Origin: Myxococcales bacterium
GTDB lineage: Bacteria; Myxococcota_A; Polyangia; Polyangiales; DASUME01
Length of the DNA: 64,000 bases
NCBI GenBank assembly: GCA_047601445.1
Contig: JASGJH010000001.1
Location: 4,512,001-4,576,000 of the forward strand
Reading direction: 5' to 3'
The notes under the pieces are model-generated. The model had not been told where the DNA came from. It ran no database searches and saw nothing but the letters and a program-made list of their open reading frames with translations. Shown one piece after another: positions 1 to 10,729 of the stretch (positions within the stretch are counted from its first letter, which is position 1; each line of letters opens with the position of its first letter). The position numbers and the translations under genes were made by a program.

Positions 1-511
1 GCAGAGCGGTAGCGAGCTCACGGTGAGCCACGACTTCGTCTCCAACGCCGACCATGTGCTGCCCAAGGACATGGCCAAGTACGTGAAGGACGCCAAGAAG
101 ATCCGCGACTGGCTCGAGACCAGCTACGAGACCGCCAGCCACAAACAGACCGCTCAAGAGAAGGAAGAGTCGCTGTACGCTGCGCTCGGCCTGGTGCTGG
201 GGAGCCTGGGCCTGTTCGGCGGACTGGCCATCCGCAGGCATCTCAAGGCGCGACGCGAGAAGCAACGACGCAAGCTGAGGGTCGTGTACGAACCCGGCGA
301 GACGCCCGAGACGGCGATCAGCGTGGCGGAGCTCTCGCAGGTGTCGCGCACGCTCGGGCGCATCAAGTGCTGCGATGCGCCGCTGTTCCCGGGCGAACTG
401 CCCGACCCGAGCCGGGTGCGCTACGGCGGCGGCGAGCTCAGGGTCTACAAGCAGGCCTGCCCGCGCTGTGGCAAGGGCAAGGCGCGCTACTTCTCGCTAT
501 CGGACGGTTGA
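1..511 (+). CDS. 5'-truncated membrane-anchored protein with C-terminal Cys/Zn-ribbon-like tail (possibly the C-terminus of a DUF3857/transglutaminase-like protein)
   Basis: Frame is open from the window edge; TM helix LYAALGLVLGSLGLFGGLAI followed by a basic stretch; CC...CPRC motifs. Family is a weak guess. Confidence 0.5.
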   Translation, partial: QSGSELTVSHDFVSNADHVLPKDMAKYVKDAKKIRDWLETSYETASHKQTAQEKEESLYAALGLVLGSLGLFGGLAIRRHLKARREKQRRKLRVVYEPGETPETAISVAELSQVSRTLGRIKCCDAPLFPGELPDPSRVRYGGGELRVYKQACPRCGKGKARYFSLSDG

Positions 512-718
512 GGATGGAAACGGCGCATAGCTCGGTCTTGCAACTGGAGCGACGCCGACATAGCCGATGCGGGTAGCTCGGAGGCGAAGCACCGAAAGCG
601 CTGCGCGCCAAATCGCCCCACTCGCGTGAAAAGCCGATGGTCGTGCCGGAGCGCCTTCCTTGTGCGACGTGCCCCTTCTTGTGCCGCCTTCGCGTTCTCC
701 CCTACGATCACCCCCCTC

Positions 719-2461
719 ATGTCGCGCCGCATTGTGTTGCTCCTGTGCCTCGCCCTCTCCTTCTCCATGCTCGCTGCTTGCTCCGAGGACAGCGCCTCCC
801 ACGGTAGCGATTTACCGGATGCGGTGAGCATCGAGATCGACGAGAAGGGCGGCACGCTGGTGGCCAAGGGCGTGACCCTGGTGATCCCCGAGGGCGCGCT
901 CGACAAGAAGACGATGATCTCCGCCAAGAAGCTCGACGAAGCCATGGTGGCGGAGAGCACCAAGGACGTGCAGGCGGTGCAGGTGTCGCCGGTGTACGAG
1001 TTCGGGCCGAAGGGGCTCGCGTTCAAGAAGGAGATCGACGTCAAGTTCGACACCGAGAAACCCGAGCCGGCCGCCAAGGTGTACTTCACCAAGCAGGGCT
1101 CGGACGACAAGGAGTTCGAGCAGCTCGCCACGGTGGTCGACCAGAAGGCGGTGTCCGCCAAGGTGAAGCACTTCAGCCTGGGCTTCGCGGGTGTGCCCTT
1201 GGACGGCCCGGGTCTCGACGGCGGTGTGGGAGGCGGACCCGATGCGTCACTGGGCGATAGCGGCGCTGGTGTGCTCGATGGCGCAGCAGGCGACGGTGGG
1301 CTCGACACGGGACCGCGCACCGTGGTGGTGACGAGCAAGGATCCCTGGGGCGTGCTGGCGAACCAGACCTGGGCGGCGTTTCAAGATGGCGATGGCGCAT
1401 GGACCCGCTTGGCGCCCGCCGGAGTCGGCACCTACAGCTTCGTGGTCTCGTCGGGTCGCTATGGCTTCGCCTATGTGTGCGGCAACGGCAGCAACTCGGA
1501 CGGACAGCTGCTGTTCGCGCCGAGCACGCACGATGCACTGAACATCCAGCTGAATGGGCTGTGTGCCACCAATCCTCCTGGCGCCATCTTGAGCGGCAAC
1601 ATCACGGCACCCGATTCGGGCGACGTGGACTATGCGCACCGCTTTACCAGCGGCTCGATCCCGGTGCTCAGCTTCATGCCCACCAACTACAACATCGGGG
1701 CGCTCTACACGGGCTTCGATACCGACATCGTGTTGGGTCTGCGCGTCGGGGGCGCCATCACCAAGTTCGACACCCTCCGCAGCTACGTGCCCAGCACCTT
1801 CGATTCGCGCGACATCGACCTGACCACCACGGGCATGGCGCCCGAGCTGCACAACGTGACCTTGCAAGGCAACGCCAGCGCGTACCTCGATGTGTCCCTG
1901 CGCCCCAAGGGAGTCGGGGCCGGCCTATCGGTCATCGGCACCACGAGCTCCGATGGCGCGGGCGGGCTCACGGCCCAGTACGCCAAGCTGCCCACCGGCC
2001 TGGCCCGCACGGACGACCACTACGACGCCTTTGCCGCTCTCACCGAGGGCTCCGACTACCGCGAGGTGAGTCTCAGCGTCGTGGACCCGGACGCGCTCGT
2101 GATCCAGCTGCCCGCCGTGTTCGCACCCACCGACCTGAGCCAGGGTGGGTCCGGCTACTTTGGCCCCACCATGAGCTTCGACGACGTGCCGAACGCCACG
2201 GCCTACTCCATGTGCATCTTCTTCAACACGGGTACCTTCACCATGACCACGGAGGTGGGCTGGTTCGGCGACGCGGCGAGCAGCCACCGCATCCTCTTCC
2301 CCGACCTGACCGGCGTGGACATGTTCGACCCGGCCTGGGTCCCCGCCAGCGATGCCACGCCGGTGGACGTGACGGGCGGCGTGATCTCCGTTTCGGGACC
2401 TGCCCAGTCGTCGACGCGCACCTACGCGACCCACAACAGCACGTTCACCATCGCTCCCTGA
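719..2461 (+). CDS. Lipoprotein with N-terminal ZU5-like domain
   Basis: Signal peptide MSRRIVLLLCLALSFSMLAAC; GGTL...VTLVIPEGAL...SPVYEFGPKGLAF...VKHFS pattern typical of ZU5-like domains; beta-rich C-terminal part. Confidence 0.7.
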   Translation: MSRRIVLLLCLALSFSMLAACSEDSASHGSDLPDAVSIEIDEKGGTLVAKGVTLVIPEGALDKKTMISAKKLDEAMVAESTKDVQAVQVSPVYEFGPKGLAFKKEIDVKFDTEKPEPAAKVYFTKQGSDDKEFEQLATVVDQKAVSAKVKHFSLGFAGVPLDGPGLDGGVGGGPDASLGDSGAGVLDGAAGDGGLDTGPRTVVVTSKDPWGVLANQTWAAFQDGDGAWTRLAPAGVGTYSFVVSSGRYGFAYVCGNGSNSDGQLLFAPSTHDALNIQLNGLCATNPPGAILSGNITAPDSGDVDYAHRFTSGSIPVLSFMPTNYNIGALYTGFDTDIVLGLRVGGAITKFDTLRSYVPSTFDSRDIDLTTTGMAPELHNVTLQGNASAYLDVSLRPKGVGAGLSVIGTTSSDGAGGLTAQYAKLPTGLARTDDHYDAFAALTEGSDYREVSLSVVDPDALVIQLPAVFAPTDLSQGGSGYFGPTMSFDDVPNATAYSMCIFFNTGTFTMTTEVGWFGDAASSHRILFPDLTGVDMFDPAWVPASDATPVDVTGGVISVSGPAQSSTRTYATHNSTFTIAP

Positions 2462-2597
2462 AAAGCCGGGAAGAGATCCTCTAAGTCCCCGAGATGAATG
2501 GAAAGAGCTCGAGAGCTCCGGTACGTGTCGAGTCTCGGAAAGTGAGGACCTCCACCGTTTGGCTCAAAGGAGCGAGCCCGATGGCGCATGAAGAGAG

Positions 2598-4355
2598 GTG
2601 GAGTTCACGTCCTTCTTCAAGTCTCTGCGGTTGCCCTCGCCCGTCGGATTCGGCGCGTGCTTCCTTGTAGTGTGCGGCTGCACCCCGCACGCTGCCTCTG
2701 CCCCTTCGTCCATGGAGCCTCGTGCTGACCCGGAGGCGGACGAAGGCGGCGGAGAGCCATCGCAGGACGATGCGAGTGTTCAGGCGACACCGAGTGACGC
2801 CAGTTTTGACTCTGGCGATGCCGACGCCGAGTCCGACTGGCCGGACGCGGGGGATGCAGGGCTCGGGGTCGTGAAAGGTGACGAGCTTACCATCCAGCTC
2901 AGGCCGGGTGTCGTGCACGGTCAACGCGTGGGCAATACACGGCAGTTCCTCGGCATCCCCTATGCCGCACCACCCGTGGGCGAACTGCGTTTTCAGGCAC
3001 CGCGTCCAAGAGAGCCTTGGTCCGATGTGTTCGATGCAACGAGGCCCGGCCCCATGTGCATGCAGAGCGGACCCTCGTTTGGGCGCGAAACATCCGAGGA
3101 CTGCCTCAGCTTGAACGTTTACGCACCTCGCGCGGACTCGAGCGTCAATCGACCTGTGATGGTGTTCATCCATGGTGGCGGATTCTTGACCGGGGCCGGT
3201 AGTGAATATGACGGGAGCACATTGAGTGAAGCCGGTGGCGTGATTGTCGTGACGCTCAACTATCGGCTCGGTGCGCTCGGGTTCCTTCATCATGCGGCGC
3301 TCGACGTGGCTGCTCTTGGGCCCCACACCAATCAGGGGCTTCGCGACCAGCAGCAGGCACTCCGGTGGGTGCACGACAACATCGTTGCATTTGGCGGCGA
3401 TCCGCAGCAGGTCACGCTATTCGGAGAGTCCGCTGGTGCAATCAGCACCTGCGCGCACCTCGTTGCGAAGGGCAGTGACGGCTTTGCTGACCGCTTCATC
3501 ATGGAGAGCGGGAACTGCGCGTACGGGCCACTGGCCCTGCAAACGAAGGACTATGCGATCGATGTGGGCAACAAGGTTGCGGCAGCGCTGTGCCCAGGGA
3601 AGGACGATGTCCTCGCGTGCCTACGCACGTTGTCTTCGGACCAAATCGCCGCGCAAGCCATCGAGACGACCGACCCCGCGGTCGATGGCTACTACCCGTT
3701 TGTGGATGGCGACCTCTTCGCTTTGGCACCCAGCGAAGCTTTCAAGAAGGGAGCGTTTCTGCGGGGGGACGTGATGATGGGAAGCAATCACGCCGAGTGG
3801 CTCTTGATGCAGACGCTCGGACAGACCACTTCGCCGTTGAATCGAACAGACCTGCGCAACCGAATCACGCAGTATTTCTCCACCGACCAAGCCGCTCAAA
3901 TCCAGGCACACTACGTGCCGGTGTCCGATGCCGAGGCGGGTGATGCCTTCCTGCGGCTGATGACCGACGCCTATTTTCGTTGCCCCGCTCGTACCCTGAT
4001 GCGCGCCATGGTCTCGCACGGACGTAAGGGGTACCTCTACGATTTTCAGGTTGAACCAGCCGCGCACGCGCTCGAGGTTGACTACCTGTTCAACATGACC
4101 GCCGTCTCATGGCTCTTTCCGTTCAGTGCGCCCATCCCGCCCACCGCCAGCGTCGTGAGGGCGATGCAGCACTATTGGACTGGGTTTGCTGAAGATGGAA
4201 ACCCGCATCCCGCAGGGTTGCCTGCCTGGCCCGGCTACGATCAGGACTCCGACCAGAACCTGGTGCTTGCCGACACGATCTCCACGAACTCAGGTCTGGC
4301 GCGTGCTGACTGTGACTTCTGGGCGAAGCTTTGGGGCGCGGCTTCTGGTCCCTGA
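2598..4355 (+). CDS. Carboxylesterase type B (para-nitrobenzyl esterase-like), probably a lipoprotein
   Basis: FLGIPYAAPPVGELRF, SEDCLSLNVYAP, FIHGGG, NYRLG, FGESAG catalytic Ser motif. Confidence 0.95.
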   Translation: MEFTSFFKSLRLPSPVGFGACFLVVCGCTPHAASAPSSMEPRADPEADEGGGEPSQDDASVQATPSDASFDSGDADAESDWPDAGDAGLGVVKGDELTIQLRPGVVHGQRVGNTRQFLGIPYAAPPVGELRFQAPRPREPWSDVFDATRPGPMCMQSGPSFGRETSEDCLSLNVYAPRADSSVNRPVMVFIHGGGFLTGAGSEYDGSTLSEAGGVIVVTLNYRLGALGFLHHAALDVAALGPHTNQGLRDQQQALRWVHDNIVAFGGDPQQVTLFGESAGAISTCAHLVAKGSDGFADRFIMESGNCAYGPLALQTKDYAIDVGNKVAAALCPGKDDVLACLRTLSSDQIAAQAIETTDPAVDGYYPFVDGDLFALAPSEAFKKGAFLRGDVMMGSNHAEWLLMQTLGQTTSPLNRTDLRNRITQYFSTDQAAQIQAHYVPVSDAEAGDAFLRLMTDAYFRCPARTLMRAMVSHGRKGYLYDFQVEPAAHALEVDYLFNMTAVSWLFPFSAPIPPTASVVRAMQHYWTGFAEDGNPHPAGLPAWPGYDQDSDQNLVLADTISTNSGLARADCDFWAKLWGAASGP

Positions 4356-4583
4356 GATCGGCGAATAGGAGATCCGTGCTTTGCGTTCCAGCATCGAAAG
4401 GGCGCGGAGCTCCGATGGGCCGCGTCCCTCCGAGTTGCTCTCACTTGGGCTGTGGCCGTGCAGGGGGGCCTGCACGTTCGCCTCACGGCAGTCGCAGGCC
4501 CGGGGCGCTGTCTCGCCATCCGTGGTGGCTCTGGTAGCTCCTCGCGAGGGCCACGCTGGGCGGCCCTCACGGGCGCTCATCGC

Positions 4584-5750
4584 TCAGAGACAGTCGTACG
4601 GATCCTGCTGCCCGCATCGCTCCATGATGCAGGCCTTGCACGCCGGGCCAGGGTCCCCGCCGTCACAGAAGTTGTTCAGCATACCGCAGGTTTCTTTGCA
4701 GCCGTTGTCGACCATGCCCTGCTCGCACGCACACCGCTGGCAAACGTGGCAGCTCGTCTCGTCGAACTTGCAATCGGCACCACAGGTGAGCGTACCTTGC
4801 CCCTGGCCGCGCTCCTCGCAGGTGGTCGAGAGACCGAAGTTCTTTCCATCGCATTCCTCTCCGAACCCGATGATGCCATCCCCGCACACCGCTTTGGGCT
4901 CACCGCCGGGAAGAGCGAGGACACACCCCGCGAGCTGCCCGCAGACCGCGGGGGCCAGCGTGTTGCAGGCGGCGACCGTGCCTTCGCAGGTCGTGAACTT
5001 CAGGCTGCAGCCCTCGATGCAGTAATCGTGGTCTCGCGTCGAGCACGCACTTGGCACGCCCGTGCAGCGCCCGGTTGCGTCGGAGAAGTCGCAACCGAAC
5101 AGCGCACAGGTTTGCGCGTCGAGGCCCGACGCGATGTCCGCGCAAGGCGTGGGAGTGCCGTTGCAGCCGGCATGGGGGACCACCGTGCAACCCATGGCCA
5201 TATCCGCTTCATAGCCCGGACAGCGAGGTTTCTCGTCGAACAGGTACTCGCTGCAGGGCTTCGCCGTTCCGCCGCACGACGGGATGCCGTGCTCGGTGTT
5301 CTCGCAGTACCCGTCCTTCACGCACTTGGTGTTGCTCGGGCAGTCCGCGTCCTTGCTGCACTTGGCCTCGCAGATCGAAGCAGTCGGGTGGCACCGCGCG
5401 TTTTCGCCGAACGGCTTGCAGTCGGCATCGGAGCCGCAGAACAACGTACACTGGTGGACCCCGACGTATTGAGTCTCGCCGGTGTCGCCGTTGCACTTCA
5501 GCGGTTCCATGCAATCGGCCTGTCGCTCGCAGTACGAGCCGAGCTGCCGGCTGGGAGCGCGGACCTGGCCACCGTCGGCATCGCCATCGCCCACCGAATC
5601 CCCGTCGCCGACCGCACCGCCGTCGCCGACCGAATCCCCGTCGCCGCCGCCCGCATCCCCCTTGGGCGAGCCTTTGCCGGAGCCACCGCCATCACCACAA
5701 CCGAGCGCCACGACGAGTGCACCCAACCCGAACCAACTCTTCATCGACAT
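4584..5750 (-). CDS. Cys-rich lipoprotein with GD tether and myxobacterial CGDG...EECD repeat
   Basis: ATG at 5750 with GAGGAG RBS; lipobox VALGC; GDGDSV repeats; very many Cys. Confidence 0.8.
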   Translation of the reverse strand: MSMKSWFGLGALVVALGCGDGGGSGKGSPKGDAGGGDGDSVGDGGAVGDGDSVGDGDADGGQVRAPSRQLGSYCERQADCMEPLKCNGDTGETQYVGVHQCTLFCGSDADCKPFGENARCHPTASICEAKCSKDADCPSNTKCVKDGYCENTEHGIPSCGGTAKPCSEYLFDEKPRCPGYEADMAMGCTVVPHAGCNGTPTPCADIASGLDAQTCALFGCDFSDATGRCTGVPSACSTRDHDYCIEGCSLKFTTCEGTVAACNTLAPAVCGQLAGCVLALPGGEPKAVCGDGIIGFGEECDGKNFGLSTTCEERGQGQGTLTCGADCKFDETSCHVCQRCACEQGMVDNGCKETCGMLNNFCDGGDPGPACKACIMERCGQQDPYDCL

Positions 5751-5985
5751 CAGACCGTACTCCTCGCGAAGCTCGAGATATAAACGGAGCCTCGGAACCC
5801 GGATTCGCCGGCCCTTACCAAACCGAGATCGGTGTGCGGCCAGGCAACTCGCGACTATAGGAATTCGCGAAAGGGGCGCTATCCACTTTGCGAAGTCACG
5901 TGGGCCGTGTCGCACAATTACGAGGCGATGAGCTCGTTGTGAGCGTTGTTCGCCAGCGTCCGGAGCAAGGCCGTCTAGGACTCGT

Positions 5986-7299
5986 TCAAAGCTCGGTGCT
6001 GAGTCCGCCTGCGCGCATGGGCTGAGGACCGGCATCTGGGACGCGCTCGAGCGGGGCTTGCTCGCGGTAGGGGTCGAAGCGCGCGCTCGCTCCGCCGCGT
6101 GCGTTGAGGCGTGCCAAGTCCGCCGGTCGGAAGCCGCACTCGGACACGAGTGGGCACTGTTCGCGCAGGAAGGCTTCGATGTTGGCGCGCCCCAGTTCCC
6201 CGATCTCGTCGTCGGCGCAGGCTGCCCACACTGCGTACACCGCGTCGTGCTTGCGCTCGCGTTCGCTGTGCTCAGCGAGGGCGCGCCGCAAGAGCTTCTC
6301 GATGCGTCCGTCCGAGGCCTCCATGTCGGCGCGCCGCTTGCGCTCGATCAAGAGGTCGCGCAACGCGCGCGTGGCCTTGAGGAACTTGTTGCGCTCGTGC
6401 ACGGCGGGGTCGTCGCCTTCGATCCTCGACATCAGCTTGTTGAAGGCCAGCGCGGGCACCGCGGAGCCCGGCATGCCACCCGCTGCCACGGACTGCATCA
6501 CCGAGAGGCTCACACCGTCCTTCTGGCGATACTCCACCTGACCACTCGCGAGGATGGCTGCATCGAAGGAGGCGCCGCGATACACGTAGCGGGCGTGCGC
6601 GAGCGGCTTTCCAATCACCGACCAGGGGCGCAGGGCAAAGGTGACCAGGTCCCTGGCGCCGTTGTCGAGTCCCTCGCGGCCGCGCTGGAACGACACGCGC
6701 GTGAGCTCGGGGATGGACGATGCTAGCTCGAACTCTAGCTTGCGCTCGGCCTCGCGCGCTTGGTCCGTCGGCCTCTCGCGTGCGACCGGCAATGCGCTCA
6801 TGTCCACCAGCGTTCGCGCAGCCGCCGAGGGACTGAGATCCAACCCGACGGACCCGCGCACGCCTTGACCACGGCTGGACGCAGGGGCCGATGCTGCGGA
6901 ATCACTCGGAGTCGCGCGCTCGGCCGCGGGTTCGGCGGGGGCTGCAGTCGGAAGCTCCGAGCTGGCGAGGTTGGGCGCGCTCTCGGGGGCTTGGGCAGGT
7001 GCTTGCGTGGGCTGTCTATCCCGGGGCGCCTGAGTACCACGGGCGGGAGCGGGCACGCCAGGGTTGGGGTGATTTCGAGTTGGTTTAGGTGAGCCGAGCT
7101 CGAGTGCCGACGACGCGGGCGACGACTCACTAGGGGCACTCGCGGCCACCGGCACGGGAGCGAGATACCGGACCTCCAGATCCATCACAGGTGGCAGCGG
7201 ACCAGGTTCAACGCCCGGGGAATCCGGCAAAACCGCAAAGACCAGCGCGTGCAGCGCGGCCGAAGCGACCACCCCGAAGACGTGCCTTGCGTGACGCAC
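5986..7299 (-). CDS. Hypothetical membrane-anchored protein with Pro/Ala-rich linker
   Basis: N-terminal SAALHALVFAVL anchor (TonB-like S-x-x-x-H), Pro-rich spacer, helical C-terminus. Confidence 0.6.
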   Translation of the reverse strand: MRHARHVFGVVASAALHALVFAVLPDSPGVEPGPLPPVMDLEVRYLAPVPVAASAPSESSPASSALELGSPKPTRNHPNPGVPAPARGTQAPRDRQPTQAPAQAPESAPNLASSELPTAAPAEPAAERATPSDSAASAPASSRGQGVRGSVGLDLSPSAAARTLVDMSALPVARERPTDQAREAERKLEFELASSIPELTRVSFQRGREGLDNGARDLVTFALRPWSVIGKPLAHARYVYRGASFDAAILASGQVEYRQKDGVSLSVMQSVAAGGMPGSAVPALAFNKLMSRIEGDDPAVHERNKFLKATRALRDLLIERKRRADMEASDGRIEKLLRRALAEHSERERKHDAVYAVWAACADDEIGELGRANIEAFLREQCPLVSECGFRPADLARLNARGGASARFDPYREQAPLERVPDAGPQPMRAGGLSTEL

Positions 7300-7431
7300 C
7301 GAGCTCCAACAGCGGTCACCACCATTTGATTGCAGTGCCCCGTCTTTTTGCCCATCAGGGAATGCCTTTGGGACCGATGCCTCGGCGTGACCGTCCCCAT
7401 TGGGGAGGTCGCTAGCGAACGTCGTGAAGCC

Positions 7432-8550
7432 TCAGGTGAGCGCCTTGAGCAGCTCAATCACGAGCTCCGGCACGCGCCGTTCGATCAGCAAGAGCGGCAC
7501 CATCGGTACGACACAGCCGATGAGGAGCGTCAACATCGCCTTGGCCGACCAAAGAACGACCCTCATCTGCCCGACGCGCTCGTAGTCGCTCCCGAGGTCC
7601 GCCAGAACCGAGATCTGCGGTGCGTCGAGGGTCGCCGCTGGCGGATGCTCCGCCGTCCACGCCTCGAAGGCCTGGCCAAAGCGGTGCACGTACGCGCCGT
7701 AGTAGATCAGACCATCGCGGCGCGTGCGGCAGAGCTGACCGCTGAAGAACCACAAGGGGCCCATGCTCAGCAGCAGCGTCGCGAGGACGAAGGTCATCGC
7801 CGCCGGTTGGAAAAGCTCCAAGGGCGCGTGCTGGTAGATCACGTTGTTGGCCCAACTGCCGGCGATGGCCGCGCTCGCTCCCGCCGCAACCAGAGAGAAT
7901 GCGTTGGCGGGCCCGAGCAGCACGCCGAGCCCACCCATGCGATCCGGATGGGTGGCCACGAGCTGAAGATCGAGACGCGAAACGCGCGCGAGAAAGATGG
8001 TGTACAGGGTCCAGCTCCAGGTCCAGCGCAGCAGCACGAAGCGAAACAGCACCAGCATGACCGCCGTGCCGAGCCCACTGATCGGCATCGTCGAACCGGG
8101 AATCGGGTTCACATGAATGGAGGAAGACCCCACGGCCAGGGCGAACATCACGAGCTCTGCCAGGTTGGAGTCGCGCAGCCGGGCCATGCCGTCGGTGATC
8201 GCCCGAAAGCGCGCCTGGGCCTCGCTCGGTACCACACCCGCCTGGGTGAGATAGGCGGTGGCGGCGCGTCCGTGTACGTCGACCACATGCTCTGCCAGCA
8301 GAAAAAGCGGCAGCGAGATCAGCGTACGCACGTGCGTGTCGATGGCCTGGACGCGCGGATCCCACACACCCGCGCGCAGGCGATCGAGCACCACGGCGAG
8401 CGCGAAGGGAACATAGGCGATCACGGTGTAAGCGATCGCTCTCCTCACCGCGCTCTTCATTGCGCCTGGGCCCATGCCGAGTCGCTCTTCCGTCGCCTCG
8501 ATCCGGCTGGCTGGCGTGATGTGATAGGCCGGCACCCATTCGGTCCTCAT
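7432..8550 (-). CDS. Hypothetical polytopic membrane protein
   Basis: Several hydrophobic segments; ATHPDRMGGLG motif; ATG 8550 preceded by GGAG; start uncertain. Confidence 0.7.
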   Translation of the reverse strand: MRTEWVPAYHITPASRIEATEERLGMGPGAMKSAVRRAIAYTVIAYVPFALAVVLDRLRAGVWDPRVQAIDTHVRTLISLPLFLLAEHVVDVHGRAATAYLTQAGVVPSEAQARFRAITDGMARLRDSNLAELVMFALAVGSSSIHVNPIPGSTMPISGLGTAVMLVLFRFVLLRWTWSWTLYTIFLARVSRLDLQLVATHPDRMGGLGVLLGPANAFSLVAAGASAAIAGSWANNVIYQHAPLELFQPAAMTFVLATLLLSMGPLWFFSGQLCRTRRDGLIYYGAYVHRFGQAFEAWTAEHPPAATLDAPQISVLADLGSDYERVGQMRVVLWSAKAMLTLLIGCVVPMVPLLLIERRVPELVIELLKALT

Positions 8551-8851
8551 TGGCGGCTCCGTTCGCGGCGGCTGAGGACGGGCCCGCGCAGATCCGCGCA
8601 CAGAGCCACGCACGCGAGCGAACGCGGCACGCCAAAGCGAGTGTCGCATGGGTGGATCTTGGCGAATGACATGCGCGCGCTTGACACGGATTCGAAGTAC
8701 GCACGCCGTGGGATGCAGACAGTGCGCAGGCGCGAGCTGCGCGTCGCAGCCCACCCGTTAGACGGTCCACACGGCAGGGTTGGGGTGATCTCGAATTGGA
8801 AAACGCCGATTTGACCATGCAACGCGGGATGTGCGAAGACTCCAACCTCCA

Positions 8852-9310
8852 ATGCGCAATCATCGCAGCCCTCTTTGTGCCCTCTCACTCCTGACCTTCG
8901 TCGTAGCTCTACCTGCGTGTGGTGACGACGACAGCAACAAGTCGTCGGGAGACGCGGGCCCGGCGCCAGACGCTGCCAGCGAGCAGGACGCCCAGACGCC
9001 CGCCATCACCTATCCAAACGGCCCAACGTTTCAGTGCAGCGGCGACTTGTGCCCCAAGGGAGAGTGCCGCCCTAAAAAGTACGCCAGTGGCGACGACGTG
9101 GCTTGCGAAGACGTCTACCCCAAGACCATCGACAAGACCTTCGAGTACTGTCCCGCCGCGGCGGTGGGCATGTATTGCATCTCGACCAGCACCGGCGACT
9201 CGCAGGCCTACGTGGTCACCTGCGATCACGGCGTGAAGGCCATCGAGCATTGCGCGGACAACTGCTTCGGTACGGTCGAGGACGGCAAGGACAAGTGGTC
9301 GTGCCCGTGA
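8852..9310 (+). CDS. Small Cys-rich lipoprotein
   Basis: MRNHRSPLCALSLLTFVVALPAC-GDDD lipobox; multiple Cys. Confidence 0.75.
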   Translation: MRNHRSPLCALSLLTFVVALPACGDDDSNKSSGDAGPAPDAASEQDAQTPAITYPNGPTFQCSGDLCPKGECRPKKYASGDDVACEDVYPKTIDKTFEYCPAAAVGMYCISTSTGDSQAYVVTCDHGVKAIEHCADNCFGTVEDGKDKWSCP

Positions 9311-9326
9311 GCGCTTCCGCGCTCAC

Positions 9327-10727
9327 CTAGATGCGCGCCTCGTCAGCGAGCATACGCGGAGGCACGGAGGTCGGGCGCCGCGGTCCCTGGTTGAGTGGAG
9401 GAATCTCGAGCTTGCCGCCCGGGCCTCCTCCGCACATCTCGTGGATCGCCTTTCCGTACGGATCGAGCTGACCGTCTGCGCCCGGCAAACCGACCAGCGA
9501 GACACCGAAGGGCAGTCCATCCCGACGGAAGCCCGCTGGCACCGCGAGCACGGGGCTGCCCAGGAAGTTCACGAAGCGCGAGTAGATGCCGAGCTTGTCG
9601 TTCACGGACACGGGGTCGCGCTGGTCGTCCTCCACACGAAAGTGAGTCGGCACGGTGGGCGTGACCATCAGGTGCACGCCGCGCAGAACCTCGGTGCAGA
9701 TAGCGACCAGATCCTGGGTCTGTTTGAAGGCGCGGAAGGCATCGGTGGCCGTGTAGCGCCGGGCCCCTAGAATGATCTTGCGGGTCACAGGCAAACCGGC
9801 TGCCGGAGTGGACTCGAGAAACTCACCCACCGACAGATAGCGCTCGACGACCCATGGGCCGTACAACATGTCCCCGAGCGCAGCGAATGGCCCCCACTCC
9901 ACGGGCACTCGAATGCCTCCCAGGTGCTGGAGTTGGCGCACGGCCGACTCGAATAACCGCTCGCTCTCCGTGTCCCCGCAGAACTCGAGCTTGGAGGGCA
10001 CGGCGAAGCGAAAGCCGCGCGGCAAGGTGGACGGTGGCGTGCGCTGTCCCGTGATCACGTCGCGCACGCGCGCGCCGTCGTGCACGCTGGTGGCGAGCAC
10101 CGAGACGCAGTCGAGGGAAGTACAGGCGGGGACCACGCCCTCGTTGGAGAACAGCCCGCGCGAAGGCTTCACGCCGACCACGTTGTTGAGCGCAGCGGGG
10201 ATGCGGCCGGAGCCGGCCGTGTCGGTGCCGAGGGCGAACGTGACCTGGCGCTTGGCGACCGCAACGGCCGAACCCGAGCTCGATCCTCCGGAGAGGTAGC
10301 GCTCATCGAACACATTGCGACACTTGCCGAAGGGCGAGCGGGTGCCCACGAGCCCGGTGGCGAATTGGTCCAGATTGGCCTTGCCGATGCAGATGGCGCC
10401 GGCTTGTTGCAGCGAGCGCACCACGGCCGCGGAGCGCGTGGGCATGTAGGCGAAGTCGGGGCAGCCTGCGGTGGTGGGCATGCCCGCGACGTCGATGTTG
10501 TCTTTGACGGCGAACGGAATGCCGTACAGCGAGAGATGCCGACGCCCTTCGATGGCACCGAGGTCCGCGGCGCGCTGCCGCGCTTCTTCGCGCGAGAGCC
10601 GGTGGATCCATACGGGGTGCAGCGGGTGCTGCTCGAGCTCGTCGTAGAGCTGGTCGATCATGACCTCGGGCGTGAGGACATGGGTCTCGTAGGCGGCCCG
10701 CAGACTGGCGATGTCGAGATCGATCAC
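9327..10727 (-). CDS. atzF: Allophanate hydrolase (amidase-signature domain only)
   Basis: LYGIPFAVKDNIDVAGMPTTAGCP, NLDQFATGLVGTRSP, GGSSSGSAVAV, GTDTAGSGRIPA. Confidence 0.88.
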   Translation of the reverse strand: MIDLDIASLRAAYETHVLTPEVMIDQLYDELEQHPLHPVWIHRLSREEARQRAADLGAIEGRRHLSLYGIPFAVKDNIDVAGMPTTAGCPDFAYMPTRSAAVVRSLQQAGAICIGKANLDQFATGLVGTRSPFGKCRNVFDERYLSGGSSSGSAVAVAKRQVTFALGTDTAGSGRIPAALNNVVGVKPSRGLFSNEGVVPACTSLDCVSVLATSVHDGARVRDVITGQRTPPSTLPRGFRFAVPSKLEFCGDTESERLFESAVRQLQHLGGIRVPVEWGPFAALGDMLYGPWVVERYLSVGEFLESTPAAGLPVTRKIILGARRYTATDAFRAFKQTQDLVAICTEVLRGVHLMVTPTVPTHFRVEDDQRDPVSVNDKLGIYSRFVNFLGSPVLAVPAGFRRDGLPFGVSLVGLPGADGQLDPYGKAIHEMCGGGPGGKLEIPPLNQGPRRPTSVPPRMLADEARI

Positions 10728-10729
10728 GG

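Noticed and set aside
2455..2475. AAAAGCCGGGAAG resembling the 3' end of a guanidine-I riboswitch
   Set aside because: It directly follows a stop codon, lacks the 5' conserved elements and is far from the atzF module
9395..9410. GATTC near the atzF 3' end as another frameshift that would restore the missing C-terminal domain
   Set aside because: The repaired frame stops within about 28 codons and shows no AtzF C-terminal similarity
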